DNA from: a bacterium
GTDB taxonomy: Bacteria > Actinomycetota > Thermoleophilia > Solirubrobacterales > 70-9
NCBI GenBank assembly: GCA_039930945.1
Contig: JBDTSW010000001.1
Location: 1-59,287, forward strand
Length of the DNA: 59,287 bases
Direction of reading: 5' to 3'
Each line of letters starts with the position of its first letter. The stretch's first letter is position 1. This document shows positions 1 to 8,215 of the stretch, piece after piece. The position numbers and the translations under genes were made by a program. The notes beneath the pieces were generated by a model that saw only the letters and a list, made by a program, of their open reading frames with translations, had not been told where the DNA came from and ran no database searches.

Positions 1-1135
1 CCATCAGCACCTCCTTGGCGATCACCAGGCGCTGGATCTGCGAGGTGCCCTCGTACAGCTGCATGATCTTGGCGTCACGCATCAGCTTCTCGACCGGGTA
101 GTCCTTGATGAACCCGTAGCCGCCGTAGACCTGGACGGCATCGACGGTGATCTCCATCGCCGAGTCGGCGGCGAAGCGCTTCGCGTGCGAGCAGGCAAGG
201 GTGTTGCGCTGGCCGGCGTCGAGCTGCGCCGCCGACCGCCAGACCAGCAGGCGGCCCGCCTCGACCTTGGTCGCCATGTCGGCGATCATGAACGAGATCG
301 CCTGGTGCATCGCGATCGGCACGCCGAACTGGACCCGCTCCTTCGAGTAGCCGGCGGCGAACTCGAGCGCGGCCCGGCCGATGCCGACCGCCATCGCGGC
401 GACGCCGGGGCGGGTGCGGTCCAGCGTCATCATCGCCAGCTTGAATCCGTGGTTCTCCTCGCCGAGGAGGTTGCCCGCCGGGATCTCGGTCTCGTTGAAG
501 GTGATCGTGGCGGTATTGGAGGCGCGCTGGCCGAGCTTGTCCTCCTTCTTGTCCACGGTGACCGTGTCGTCCTTGGGGACGACGAAGGCCGAGATGCCGC
601 GGTGGCCGGCGTCCTTGTCGGTCTTGGCATAGACCGTGAACCAGTCGGCGTAACCGCCGTTGGTGATGAAGCACTTGGAGCCGTTGAGGACCCACTTGTC
701 GCCCTTGCGGACGGCGGTCGTCTTCATCCCGGCGACGTCGGAGCCCGCGTCGGGCTCGGTCAGGCAGAAGGAGGCGAGCTTGGGCTCCTCGCAGAGCATC
801 CCGAGGTACTCCTTCTGGACCGCCTCGGAGCCGCCCAGCGAGACCGGGGACGCGGCGAGGCCGTTGGCCATCAGGCTGGTGCCGATGCCCGAGCACCCCC
901 AACCCATCTCCTCCTCGATCAGGCAGCCGGAGAGGAAGTCGAGGCCGGGGCCGCCGTATTCCTCGGGGATGTGGGTGTTCATCAACCCGACCTCCCAGGC
1001 CTTGTCGACGATCTCCTGCGGCCAGGTGCTATCGCGGTCGTACTCCCAAGCGACGGGCCGAATCTCCTTCTCGGCGAAGTTGTGGGTCAGCTCGCGCAGA
1101 TCCTTCTGCTCGTCAGTCAGCGTGAAGTCAACCAC
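1..1135 (-). CDS. acyl-CoA dehydrogenase (C-terminus runs off the left window edge)
   Basis: Not in the ORF track because it is open at the window edge. My translation of the minus strand from GTG at 1135 (AAGGAG 9 nt upstream) reads VVDFTLTDEQKDLREL...FCLTEPDAGSDVAGMKT...VQVYGGYGFIKDYPVEKLMRDAKIMQLYEGTSQIQRLVIAKEVLM, which are typical ACAD motifs. Track ORFs 75-902(-) and 185-1198(+) are off-frame or antisense. Confidence 0.9.
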   Translation of the reverse strand, partial: MVDFTLTDEQKDLRELTHNFAEKEIRPVAWEYDRDSTWPQEIVDKAWEVGLMNTHIPEEYGGPGLDFLSGCLIEEEMGWGCSGIGTSLMANGLAASPVSLGGSEAVQKEYLGMLCEEPKLASFCLTEPDAGSDVAGMKTTAVRKGDKWVLNGSKCFITNGGYADWFTVYAKTDKDAGHRGISAFVVPKDDTVTVDKKEDKLGQRASNTATITFNETEIPAGNLLGEENHGFKLAMMTLDRTRPGVAAMAVGIGRAALEFAAGYSKERVQFGVPIAMHQAISFMIADMATKVEAGRLLVWRSAAQLDAGQRNTLACSHAKRFAADSAMEITVDAVQVYGGYGFIKDYPVEKLMRDAKIMQLYEGTSQIQRLVIAKEVLM

Positions 1136-1194
1136 TGCTCAGCGCTCCTTCTAAGAGTCGGGGCGACGCGAACCGAGGCGGTCGCCAGGGCCGA

Positions 1195-1210
1195 TTGACT
1201 GGTCAGTCAA
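1195..1210. promoter_or_regulatory. candidate operator palindrome TTGACT-GGTC-AGTCAA upstream of the acyl-CoA dehydrogenase
   Basis: 6-bp perfect inverted arms with a 4-nt spacer, in the divergent intergenic region 60 nt upstream of the ACAD start. AT-rich relative to its surroundings. Confidence 0.4.
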
Positions 1211-1264
1211 CCGCTGAAAAGGGTAGCGCAACAGCCGTACCCGGCGCGGGTTTACCCTCTGGCG

Positions 1265-1735
1265 GTGCTTCCGCCGGCGCTCTCGAACGGTGAGGTGATC
1301 CTCGTGGTCGTGCTCGTGACCATCCCGATCGCGGCGATCACTTTCGCGCTGGGCGCCGGCGGCGCCTTCAGGCAGATCGGCAAGGGCCAGTTCTCGGTCC
1401 AATTCGAAGGCGACCTGCCGCAGAAGCTCCACGACTCGGGCGCGGATCGGTCCGCCGCGGTGCGCGACGCGGAGCTGCGTCAGATGCTGGAGGCGAAGGC
1501 CTACCGGCAGCGCGCCCGCGGCGAGGAGCCGATCGACGTCGAGGCCGAGATGTCGAGGTTGCTGGCGGCCGAGCGCGATGCCGCTCCGGCGGGCGACGAC
1601 CTCCAGCTGCAAGCGGAGGTCCGTCAGCTCGTGGTCGCGCGCAACGCGCGCCGCGCCCGCAAGGGCGGGGAGCCGCTCGACGTGGAGGCCGAGGTGGAGC
1701 GCCAGTTGCGCGAGCTCGAGAACCTGGGGCAATGA
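1265..1735 (+). CDS. hypothetical membrane-anchored protein with an internal repeat
   Basis: ORF with high GC3. N-terminal hydrophobic helix (VILVVVLVTIPIAAITFALGAGGAF). Two related segments, GEEPIDVEAEMSRLL and GEPLDVEAEVERQL. Confidence 0.55.
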   Translation: MLPPALSNGEVILVVVLVTIPIAAITFALGAGGAFRQIGKGQFSVQFEGDLPQKLHDSGADRSAAVRDAELRQMLEAKAYRQRARGEEPIDVEAEMSRLLAAERDAAPAGDDLQLQAEVRQLVVARNARRARKGGEPLDVEAEVERQLRELENLGQ

Positions 1736-1749
1736 CGTAGGCTGACGCC

Positions 1750-2094
1750 GTGGCACCCGAGTCCGACAGCGGCAACCGCATCGTCGAGATCGAGGAGGCG
1801 CTGCTGCGCCCCGGCACGTATTTCAACCCGCAGACCGAGGTGGTCGTGGTCGTCGACGACTCCGCCTCGATCGACCAGGAGGTCTTCAACATGGAGCCCT
1901 ACGAGGGCGCCGAGTGGGTGCGGATCTCCGACGACGTGCCGATCGACGAAGAGGCCCGTGACACCGCCCTGCAGGCCTTCCAGACGCACTATCACCCGGG
2001 CTCGCTGGGGTCGATCTCCGAGACTGCGCTCGAGCAGGGCGACGACGAGTACGACGCCGACGAGGAAGGCCAGGATCCCGGCCGCGAGGACTGA
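1750..2094 (+). CDS. hypothetical acidic protein
   Basis: GTG-start ORF of 114 aa with coding-like GC3 and an Asp/Glu-rich C-terminus. No family recognised. Confidence 0.5.
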   Translation: MAPESDSGNRIVEIEEALLRPGTYFNPQTEVVVVVDDSASIDQEVFNMEPYEGAEWVRISDDVPIDEEARDTALQAFQTHYHPGSLGSISETALEQGDDEYDADEEGQDPGRED

Positions 2095-2126
2095 ATCCAG
2101 GCCGCCGCCGGCCGGAGGGGAGAGAG

Positions 2127-2528
2127 ATGAGCGGATACAAGATCACCACCCGTGAACAGGCGCCCGACTTCATGGAGCAGTACCCGGGCTACGGGGAGAT
2201 GCGGTTCTTCGCAACGCCACTCGAGGCCGAACAGATGGCGGTCACCTGGCGGTCGATGCCGGCGGGAACCGGCGGCAAGGGCTCCTACGGCCACCGCCAC
2301 CGCGACCAGGAGGAGATCTACTTCGTGGTCAGCGGCCGACTGCTGTTCAAGCTCGGCGACGAGGTCGTCGAGGCCGGCCCCCACACCGCCGTCCGGGTGG
2401 CGCCCGAGACCTACCGCTCGGTCCACAACGACGGCCCCGACGAGGCCGAGCTGTTGATCTGCTCGGTCAAGTCCGAAGACATCCAGGCCGAGACCGAGAC
2501 GACGCCCGACTTCTGGCCGGCCGACTGA
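2127..2528 (+). CDS. cupin domain protein
   Basis: GKGSYGHRHRDQEEIYFVVSG resembles cupin motif 1 (G-x5-H-x-H-x3-E). Second motif region around HTAVRVAPETYRSVHN. GGAGAG-type SD upstream. Confidence 0.75.
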   Translation: MSGYKITTREQAPDFMEQYPGYGEMRFFATPLEAEQMAVTWRSMPAGTGGKGSYGHRHRDQEEIYFVVSGRLLFKLGDEVVEAGPHTAVRVAPETYRSVHNDGPDEAELLICSVKSEDIQAETETTPDFWPAD

Positions 2529-2537
2529 GGGGCGGCG

Positions 2538-3023
2538 ATGCTCGGCGTGGGCGATCCGGCGCCCGACTTCTCCCTGCCCGATCAGCACGGCGAGACCGTC
2601 AGGCTCGCCGACCTTCGCGGCGAGACGGTCGTCCTCTACTTCTACCCCCGCGCGGACACGCCGGGTTGCACGAGGCAGGCCTGCGGGGTGCGCGACCGCT
2701 CGTCCGAGTACCGCAGCGCCGGAGCCCGGGTGATCGGGGTCTCGCCCGACGAGGTTCCGGCCGTCGAGCGCTTCGCCGGCAAGTGCTCGCTCGATTTCAC
2801 CCTGCTCGCCGACGCCGACCACGCGGTCGCCGACGCCTACGGCATCTGGGTGCAGAAGTCGATGTACGGCAAGCGCTACTGGGGCGTACAGCGTGCGACC
2901 TTCGTGATCTCGGCGGAGGGCATGATCGCGAAGGTGTTCGAGAAGGTCTCGCCGAAGACGCACGACGACGACGTCCTCGGCGCGCTCGCCGAGCTGAACA
3001 ACGCGCTCGGGTCTTACAGCTAG
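2538..3023 (+). CDS. bcp: thioredoxin-dependent thiol peroxidase (BCP / PrxQ peroxiredoxin)
   Basis: GDPAPDFSLPDQHG...VVLYFYPRADTPGCTRQAC carries the peroxidatic and resolving Cys in the CxxxxC arrangement typical of Bcp. Confidence 0.9.
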   Translation: MLGVGDPAPDFSLPDQHGETVRLADLRGETVVLYFYPRADTPGCTRQACGVRDRSSEYRSAGARVIGVSPDEVPAVERFAGKCSLDFTLLADADHAVADAYGIWVQKSMYGKRYWGVQRATFVISAEGMIAKVFEKVSPKTHDDDVLGALAELNNALGSYS

Positions 3024-4012
3024 GTCATCGCCACATAGGCGATGAAGGCGGTGAAGAGGCCCGACCAGACCACGATCGGAAGCACCTCGAAGCGGTTTCT
3101 CAACCGCAGCGTCCAGTAGGCGAGTACACCCCCCGCGAGGCCGAGCGCGCCCGAGACGATGGCGAAACGATCGAGCTCCCACTCGGTCAGCAGCAGGCCG
3201 ATCGCGATCGGGATCGTCGACTGGAAGACCATCGCCCCGGTGATGTTCCCGAGCGCCAGCGAGTCCTTGCCCTCTCGCACCCAGAAGAAGCTGTTGGCCT
3301 TCTCGGGGAGCTCGGTGGCGAGCGGCGCCAGCACCAGCGAGAGCACCAGCGGCTCGATCCCGATCTCGGCCGAGATCGTGATCAGCTCCTCGACGAACAG
3401 ATGCGCGCCGCCGACAATCGTGGCGAGGCCGACGAGCAGCTGCAACACCACCGGCCCGACCGGCGGGTCGTCGCCGGGAGTCCAGTCCATCGGCAGCGGG
3501 CGGATCGTCTCGGCCTCCTGCACCTCTCCGCCCCCGCTCAGCGTCCTGCGGACGTAGACTGCATAGGCCCCGACGAAGACCACCGCGGCCGGGATTTTGA
3601 GGCTGTCCGGAACCCCGAGGCCGAGGCCGATCCCAGCGGCGAAGAAGACCAGGAAGAAGACGAGGTCGCGGTCGAGCGTCTCGGCGTCGGCGACGAGTTC
3701 CGTGCCCTGGTCGCGCCGGTTGCGGTAGATCAGCGCCGAGATTCCGACCACGGCCATGGCGATCGTCGCCAACAGGAACGGCGCCCCGATGATCGCGCCG
3801 ACGGCCACCTCCTCGGCACCCTCGGCACCCCCGACGATGGCGACGATCGGGATCAGCGTCTCCGGCATCGCCGTGCCGACCGCCGCCAGCAGGCTCCCGG
3901 TTGCGCCCTCGCCGAGCCCGAGCTTGTGCCCAGCCCACTCGACCGCGCTGGTGAAAAGCAGCGCGCCGGCGAGGATCACGGCGAAGCTCACCGCGAGCAG
4001 TAGGTAGTTCAT
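3020..4012 (-). CDS. Na+/Ca2+ exchanger family (CaCA, YrbG-like) membrane protein
   Basis: 330-aa polytopic protein with two halves carrying GTAMPE and LATELPEKA alpha-repeat-like motifs. Confidence 0.8.
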   Translation of the reverse strand: MNYLLLAVSFAVILAGALLFTSAVEWAGHKLGLGEGATGSLLAAVGTAMPETLIPIVAIVGGAEGAEEVAVGAIIGAPFLLATIAMAVVGISALIYRNRRDQGTELVADAETLDRDLVFFLVFFAAGIGLGLGVPDSLKIPAAVVFVGAYAVYVRRTLSGGGEVQEAETIRPLPMDWTPGDDPPVGPVVLQLLVGLATIVGGAHLFVEELITISAEIGIEPLVLSLVLAPLATELPEKANSFFWVREGKDSLALGNITGAMVFQSTIPIAIGLLLTEWELDRFAIVSGALGLAGGVLAYWTLRLRNRFEVLPIVVWSGLFTAFIAYVAMT

Positions 4013-4029
4013 CGCCGATCCCTACCCGA

Positions 4030-5163
4030 CTACGCGAAGAAGAAGGCGAGGCCGAGGATCAGGTAGACGGCGAGTAGCTGCACGCCCTCGAACCAGGTCG
4101 ACTCTCCCTCGTGGGTGACCGCGTTGGCGATCAGGATCGCGAGCAGAACGGCGCCGACCTCGAAGCCGTTGAAGACGAGCGGCATCGGTGACGGCCCGAC
4201 GAAGAAGGAGATGATCACCAGCACCGGGGCGACGAACAGGGCCACCTGGGCGCTGGAGCCGATCGCGATGTTCACCGCCAGGTTCATCTTGTTCTTGTAG
4301 GCGACCAGCACGGCAACCCAGTGCTCCGCCGCGTTGCCGACGATCGCGACCACGATCACGCCGATGAAGAACTCGCTCAGGCCGACGGCCTCGGAGGCCT
4401 CGGCGATCGACCCGACCAGGATCTCGGACATGACCCCGACGGCGATGCCGGCGATCGCCAGCATGCCGATCGAACGGCGAACGCTCCATCCGAACTGACC
4501 CTCCTCCCCGGTCTCGTCGACGGGGTTGAAGAGGCCGCGATGGGTGCGCAGCGAGAACACGAGTCCGAGGACGTAGCTGCCGATCAGGACCACGGCGACG
4601 GCGAGCGACAGCTTTTCGACCTCGGAGTCGTAGCTGACGAGCTCGGCCCCGGGGTCGGGAAGCCCCTGGCCGCCGATCAGCTCGAAGATCGCCGGCATCA
4701 CCAGCGCCGCGGCGGCCAGCATCAGCATCAGCGACTGGACGTTGGCGGCGGTGGAGTCGAAGTGCTGGCGGTCACGGCCGATGCCGCCGACCAGCATCGC
4801 CGCGCCCAGTACCAGCAGGATGTTGCCGATGATCGAGCCGATGATCGAGGCCTTGACGACCTCCTGCAGGCCCGCGTTGAGGGCGAACAGGGCGATGATC
4901 AGCTCCGGCGCGTTGCCGAAGGTGACGTTGAGCAGGCCGCCGATGCCGGGGCCCGACTTGGCCGCCAGCTCCTCTGTCGCCAGCCCCATCAGCGCCGCCG
5001 TGGGAATGATCCCGAGCGCGGCGACCGCGAAGATCAGCCCGGCGGACGCGTGCGCCAGCTCCAGCGCCACTGCGAGCGCGATGAACGGGGTGAGGAGGTA
5101 GGGCCAGCCCTGCGCGGAGAACAGGAAACCGCCCCTCCGCCGGTTTTGCTGGACGTCGGGCAC
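4030..5163 (-). CDS. Ca2+/H+ antiporter (CAX/ChaA family)
   Basis: Two CAX signature repeats, GNAPELIIA and GNAAEHWVAV, within an 11-TM-like hydrophobic profile. Confidence 0.85.
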   Translation of the reverse strand: MPDVQQNRRRGGFLFSAQGWPYLLTPFIALAVALELAHASAGLIFAVAALGIIPTAALMGLATEELAAKSGPGIGGLLNVTFGNAPELIIALFALNAGLQEVVKASIIGSIIGNILLVLGAAMLVGGIGRDRQHFDSTAANVQSLMLMLAAAALVMPAIFELIGGQGLPDPGAELVSYDSEVEKLSLAVAVVLIGSYVLGLVFSLRTHRGLFNPVDETGEEGQFGWSVRRSIGMLAIAGIAVGVMSEILVGSIAEASEAVGLSEFFIGVIVVAIVGNAAEHWVAVLVAYKNKMNLAVNIAIGSSAQVALFVAPVLVIISFFVGPSPMPLVFNGFEVGAVLLAILIANAVTHEGESTWFEGVQLLAVYLILGLAFFFA

Positions 5164-5223
5164 CGGCGGCAGCCTATGAGGTCGGCTACCGCGCTGGAGG
5201 GTCTCCCGTTTCGGGGAGGCCCG

Positions 5224-6339
5224 CTAGAGCTTGTCGAGGCAGTCGGCTGCCTTCTGCGCATCGTTACCCGCAGCCGCGATGCAGTCGAGGTAGGCGTCGC
5301 TGGCGCCACCGTCGGTACCGGCCGAGCCTCCGCCTCCACCGAAGCTGTCTCCGCCGCCGAGGGCACCGAGGCCGCCGAGGCCGCCGCCGAGGCCGAATTG
5401 GCCCAGCAGCTCGTCGATCGGCTGGGCGCCGGACGGGCCCTTGATCGTCTGCTCCTCGTTGACGTCGCTGATGCCGACGGAGAGTCCGACGTCGACGCTG
5501 TCGACCGGGACCACCTCCGAGCCCTCGATCGCGGAAGGATCGACGGATACGTTCACGTCAAGCTTGCGGAGGATGTTGTCGTCCTCACCGCTGTAGATGT
5601 CGAAGCTCGCCTCGCTGATCGCCTCGCTGACCTGGTCCACCTGGGCCTGGTCGACCTGACCCCCGGCGCCGGGCACCGACTGCGCGATGCCGACGAGGTC
5701 GTCGAGCATCTGCGAGATGTCGACGTCGCCGCTGACGTGGACGACCGAGGTGCCGTCGAGGTCCTCGGTGCCGTCGTTGGTCAGGTTCGTGAACCAGCCG
5801 CTGGGCTCGAAGTCACACGCCGAGGCGTCGCCCCCCTGGGCCTGGATCGCCTGTTCACAGCCCGCCTGGAAGCTGGCCGCCGCGTCGCCGGAGCCGGAGT
5901 CCTGCGTCTGGCCGGCGGACGTCTCGATCGAGTCCTTGAGTTGCTTGAAGGTGTCGCTGCCCACCTCGTAAGCCTGGCCGCCGTACTCGACGAAGACGTT
6001 GTCGTCGGTGATCGTCAGTCCGCCGTCGGCGTTGACGCTCTGGCCGGCGCCCTCGCCGCTGACCGTCGCGGTCAGGTCGATCTGCGGCAGCGCCGTCGGG
6101 TCGCCCTCGACCCCCTGGAACGGGCCGCTGAGGCTGGCGTCGAAGCTGCCCTGGTCGCCGGCGGAGGCGTCGACGCTGAGGTCGAGCACGCCGCTGGTGA
6201 CGGTCGCGTCGTTGTTGAAGGTGGCGTCGATCACCTCCTGCGGATCCTGGTCGCCCCCGTCACCCCCACATCCAGCGATCGCTGCGGGCAAGGCCAGCGC
6301 CATCAAGGCCGCTGTGAACAGGGAACGGGTGCGTGTCAA
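5224..6339 (-). CDS. hypothetical lipoprotein
   Basis: Signal peptide with lipobox (LALPAAIAGC). Asp/Gly/Ser-rich mature protein with a Gly-rich tract then a Cys pair near the C-terminus. Confidence 0.65.
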   Translation of the reverse strand: MTRTRSLFTAALMALALPAAIAGCGGDGGDQDPQEVIDATFNNDATVTSGVLDLSVDASAGDQGSFDASLSGPFQGVEGDPTALPQIDLTATVSGEGAGQSVNADGGLTITDDNVFVEYGGQAYEVGSDTFKQLKDSIETSAGQTQDSGSGDAAASFQAGCEQAIQAQGGDASACDFEPSGWFTNLTNDGTEDLDGTSVVHVSGDVDISQMLDDLVGIAQSVPGAGGQVDQAQVDQVSEAISEASFDIYSGEDDNILRKLDVNVSVDPSAIEGSEVVPVDSVDVGLSVGISDVNEEQTIKGPSGAQPIDELLGQFGLGGGLGGLGALGGGDSFGGGGGSAGTDGGASDAYLDCIAAAGNDAQKAADCLDKL

Positions 6340-6425
6340 GGCAGACTCCTGAATCTAGATTTCACTCGGCCGAGCAGCGTAGCGGAACCCCACCCAGGCC
6401 GAGCGGCGCTACCCTGCCCGTCCCG

Positions 6426-7598
6426 ATGACGCCGAGAACCATCCTCTACACAGGCAAGGGGGGCGTCGGCAAGACCAGCGTCGCAGCCGCCACGGCCCGC
6501 CTCTGCGCGCGTTCCGGCCTGCGGACGGTGGTCCTGTCGACCGATCCCGCCCACAGCCTCGCCGACTCCCTCGAGGCAGAGCTGGGCCCCGAGCCGACGC
6601 AACTCGGAGAGCTGTTGTGGGGCCAGGAGGTCCAGGCGCAGCGCGAGCTGGAGACCAACTGGGGCGCGGTCCAGGGCTGGCTCGGACAGCTGCTGGCCGA
6701 CCGCGGGGTGATGGACATCGCCGCCGAAGAGCTGACCGTGCCCCCGGGCATGGACGAGCTCTTCAGCCTGCTCGAGATCAAGCGCCACCACGATTCGGGC
6801 CGCTTCGACGTGGTCATCGTCGACTGCGCGCCCACCGGCGAGACGCTGCGGCTGCTGTCCTTCCCCGACATCGCCCGCTGGTGGCTGGACAAGGTCCTGC
6901 CCTGGGAGCGACGGATGGTCGCCGCGGCCCGGCCCCTGGCGCGCACGTTCCTCGACGTCAAGCTCCCCACAGAGGACGTGTTCAGCGAGGTTCAGCGCCT
7001 GGTTCGCAACCTGATCGCGATGAACGAGATCCTCCGCGACCGCTCCCGCGCCTCGATCCGCCTGGTGATGAACCCCGACCGGATGGTGATCAAGGAGGCA
7101 CAGCGGACCTTCACCTACCTCAACCTCTACGGCTACCAGACCGACGCCGTGGTGGTCAACCGCATCTTCCCGTCCGCGCTCGCCGGCGGCTACTTCGGCG
7201 AGTGGCAGGCGCGTCAGAGCGAACGGCTGGCCGAGGTCAACGAGGGCTTTGCGCCGGTGCCGGTGCTGACCGCCCACTACCTGGAGGAGGAGGTGATCGG
7301 CCCGGCGCTGCTCGACCGCCTCGGCGGCGAGCTGTTCGCCGGCCTGGACTCCGCCGCGGTCATGCACACGGGCCTCGCCCGCGAGATCACCTCCGAGAAC
7401 GGCCTGGCGACGCTGCGGATCGCCGTCCCCTTCGCCGAGCGCGACGAGGTCTCGCTGAAGAAGATCGACCAGGAGCTGGTGGTCTCGGCCGGCCGAGAGC
7501 GGCGCACGATCATCCTTCCCCCCGCCCTGGCCCGCCGGACGCCCGCCGGGGCTCGGCTCGAGAACGGGTCGCTGCTGGTCGCCTTCGAGGCCGCATGA
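6426..7598 (+). CDS. ArsA/GET3-family P-loop ATPase
   Basis: MTPRTILYTGKGGVGKTS deviant Walker A, DPAHSL, VIVDCAPTGETLRLL. The ATG at 6426 is preferred over the track start at 6333, which adds a non-homologous leader. Confidence 0.85.
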   Translation: MTPRTILYTGKGGVGKTSVAAATARLCARSGLRTVVLSTDPAHSLADSLEAELGPEPTQLGELLWGQEVQAQRELETNWGAVQGWLGQLLADRGVMDIAAEELTVPPGMDELFSLLEIKRHHDSGRFDVVIVDCAPTGETLRLLSFPDIARWWLDKVLPWERRMVAAARPLARTFLDVKLPTEDVFSEVQRLVRNLIAMNEILRDRSRASIRLVMNPDRMVIKEAQRTFTYLNLYGYQTDAVVVNRIFPSALAGGYFGEWQARQSERLAEVNEGFAPVPVLTAHYLEEEVIGPALLDRLGGELFAGLDSAAVMHTGLAREITSENGLATLRIAVPFAERDEVSLKKIDQELVVSAGRERRTIILPPALARRTPAGARLENGSLLVAFEAA

Positions 7599-7939
7599 GC
7601 GCGCAGCGCGATCCGCACGAGGCTGGGGCGGAGGCCCGCAACGCCCCGGACGACGAGTGGATGCGCCGGGCCGCGGAGGCGTTCGCCGACGGCTCGATCC
7701 TCGAGGCGATCCGCGACCACGCCCAGGATGGCGAGACCCAGTGTCTCGAGTGGTGCCCGATCTGCCGCACCGCCGACCTGCTGCGCGCCAGCGCCACCCC
7801 GGAGATGCGCGAGCAGTGGACCGCCCTCCAGCGCGAGGCGCTGCTGAGCTTCCGCACGCTGCTCGACCACTACCTCAGCCGCCAAGACGCCCGCCCCGGG
7901 GACGCTTCCACCCGGGTCCAAGACATCCCGATCGAATAG
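7595..7939 (+). CDS. small hypothetical protein with a Cx3Cx2C cluster, translationally coupled to the ArsA-like ATPase
   Basis: ATG at 7595 overlaps the ATPase stop (ATGA). 114 aa, contains CLEWCPIC. It is the C-terminal part of track ORF 6617-7939, whose upstream part is off-frame over the ATPase gene. Confidence 0.55.
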   Translation: MSAQRDPHEAGAEARNAPDDEWMRRAAEAFADGSILEAIRDHAQDGETQCLEWCPICRTADLLRASATPEMREQWTALQREALLSFRTLLDHYLSRQDARPGDASTRVQDIPIE

Positions 7940-7958
7940 CCAACCCGCCGCAGGGTGG

Positions 7959-8208
7959 ACGGGAATGACTCCGGCCAGATCCTCCGCTTCGCGTCCGGTC
8001 TGGCCGGGCGCGGGCCCCGGCCTTACCCGGCAGGGTGGCTGTGGTCTACCGCGACTGAGTCGCGAGCCCCAACGACCTCCCTAGGTGGGTTTGCCTGGGC
8101 TAGGGACGAAGTCCCGGGTCACGTGCATGAGCCTGCCGGGTAAGGCCCCGCGCCCTGACCCGTCGGAAGCGGACGCGAAGCGGAGCATTCCGGCGGAGTT
8201 GTTCCCGT
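7959..8208. repeat. 250-bp long imperfect inverted repeat (about 77-bp arms, 96-bp centre); candidate MITE-like element or structured RNA
   Basis: Arm 7959-8035 is complementary to arm 8132-8208. This includes two perfect 16-nt blocks: CTCCGCTTCGCGTCCG 7982-7997 pairs with 8170-8185, and GGCCTTACCCGGCAGG 8019-8034 pairs with 8132-8147. Terminal blocks ACGGGAA/TTCCCGT also pair. Confidence 0.7.
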
Positions 8209-8215
8209 TGCAGGT

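Noticed and set aside
5335-5405. Short tandem-like GCCGCCGAGG repeats, and a similar Ser/Asp codon run at 35660-35700, checked as possible CRISPR or tandem repeats
   Set aside because: They lie inside coding regions and simply encode Gly-rich and Ser/Asp-rich linkers. There is no repeat-spacer architecture.
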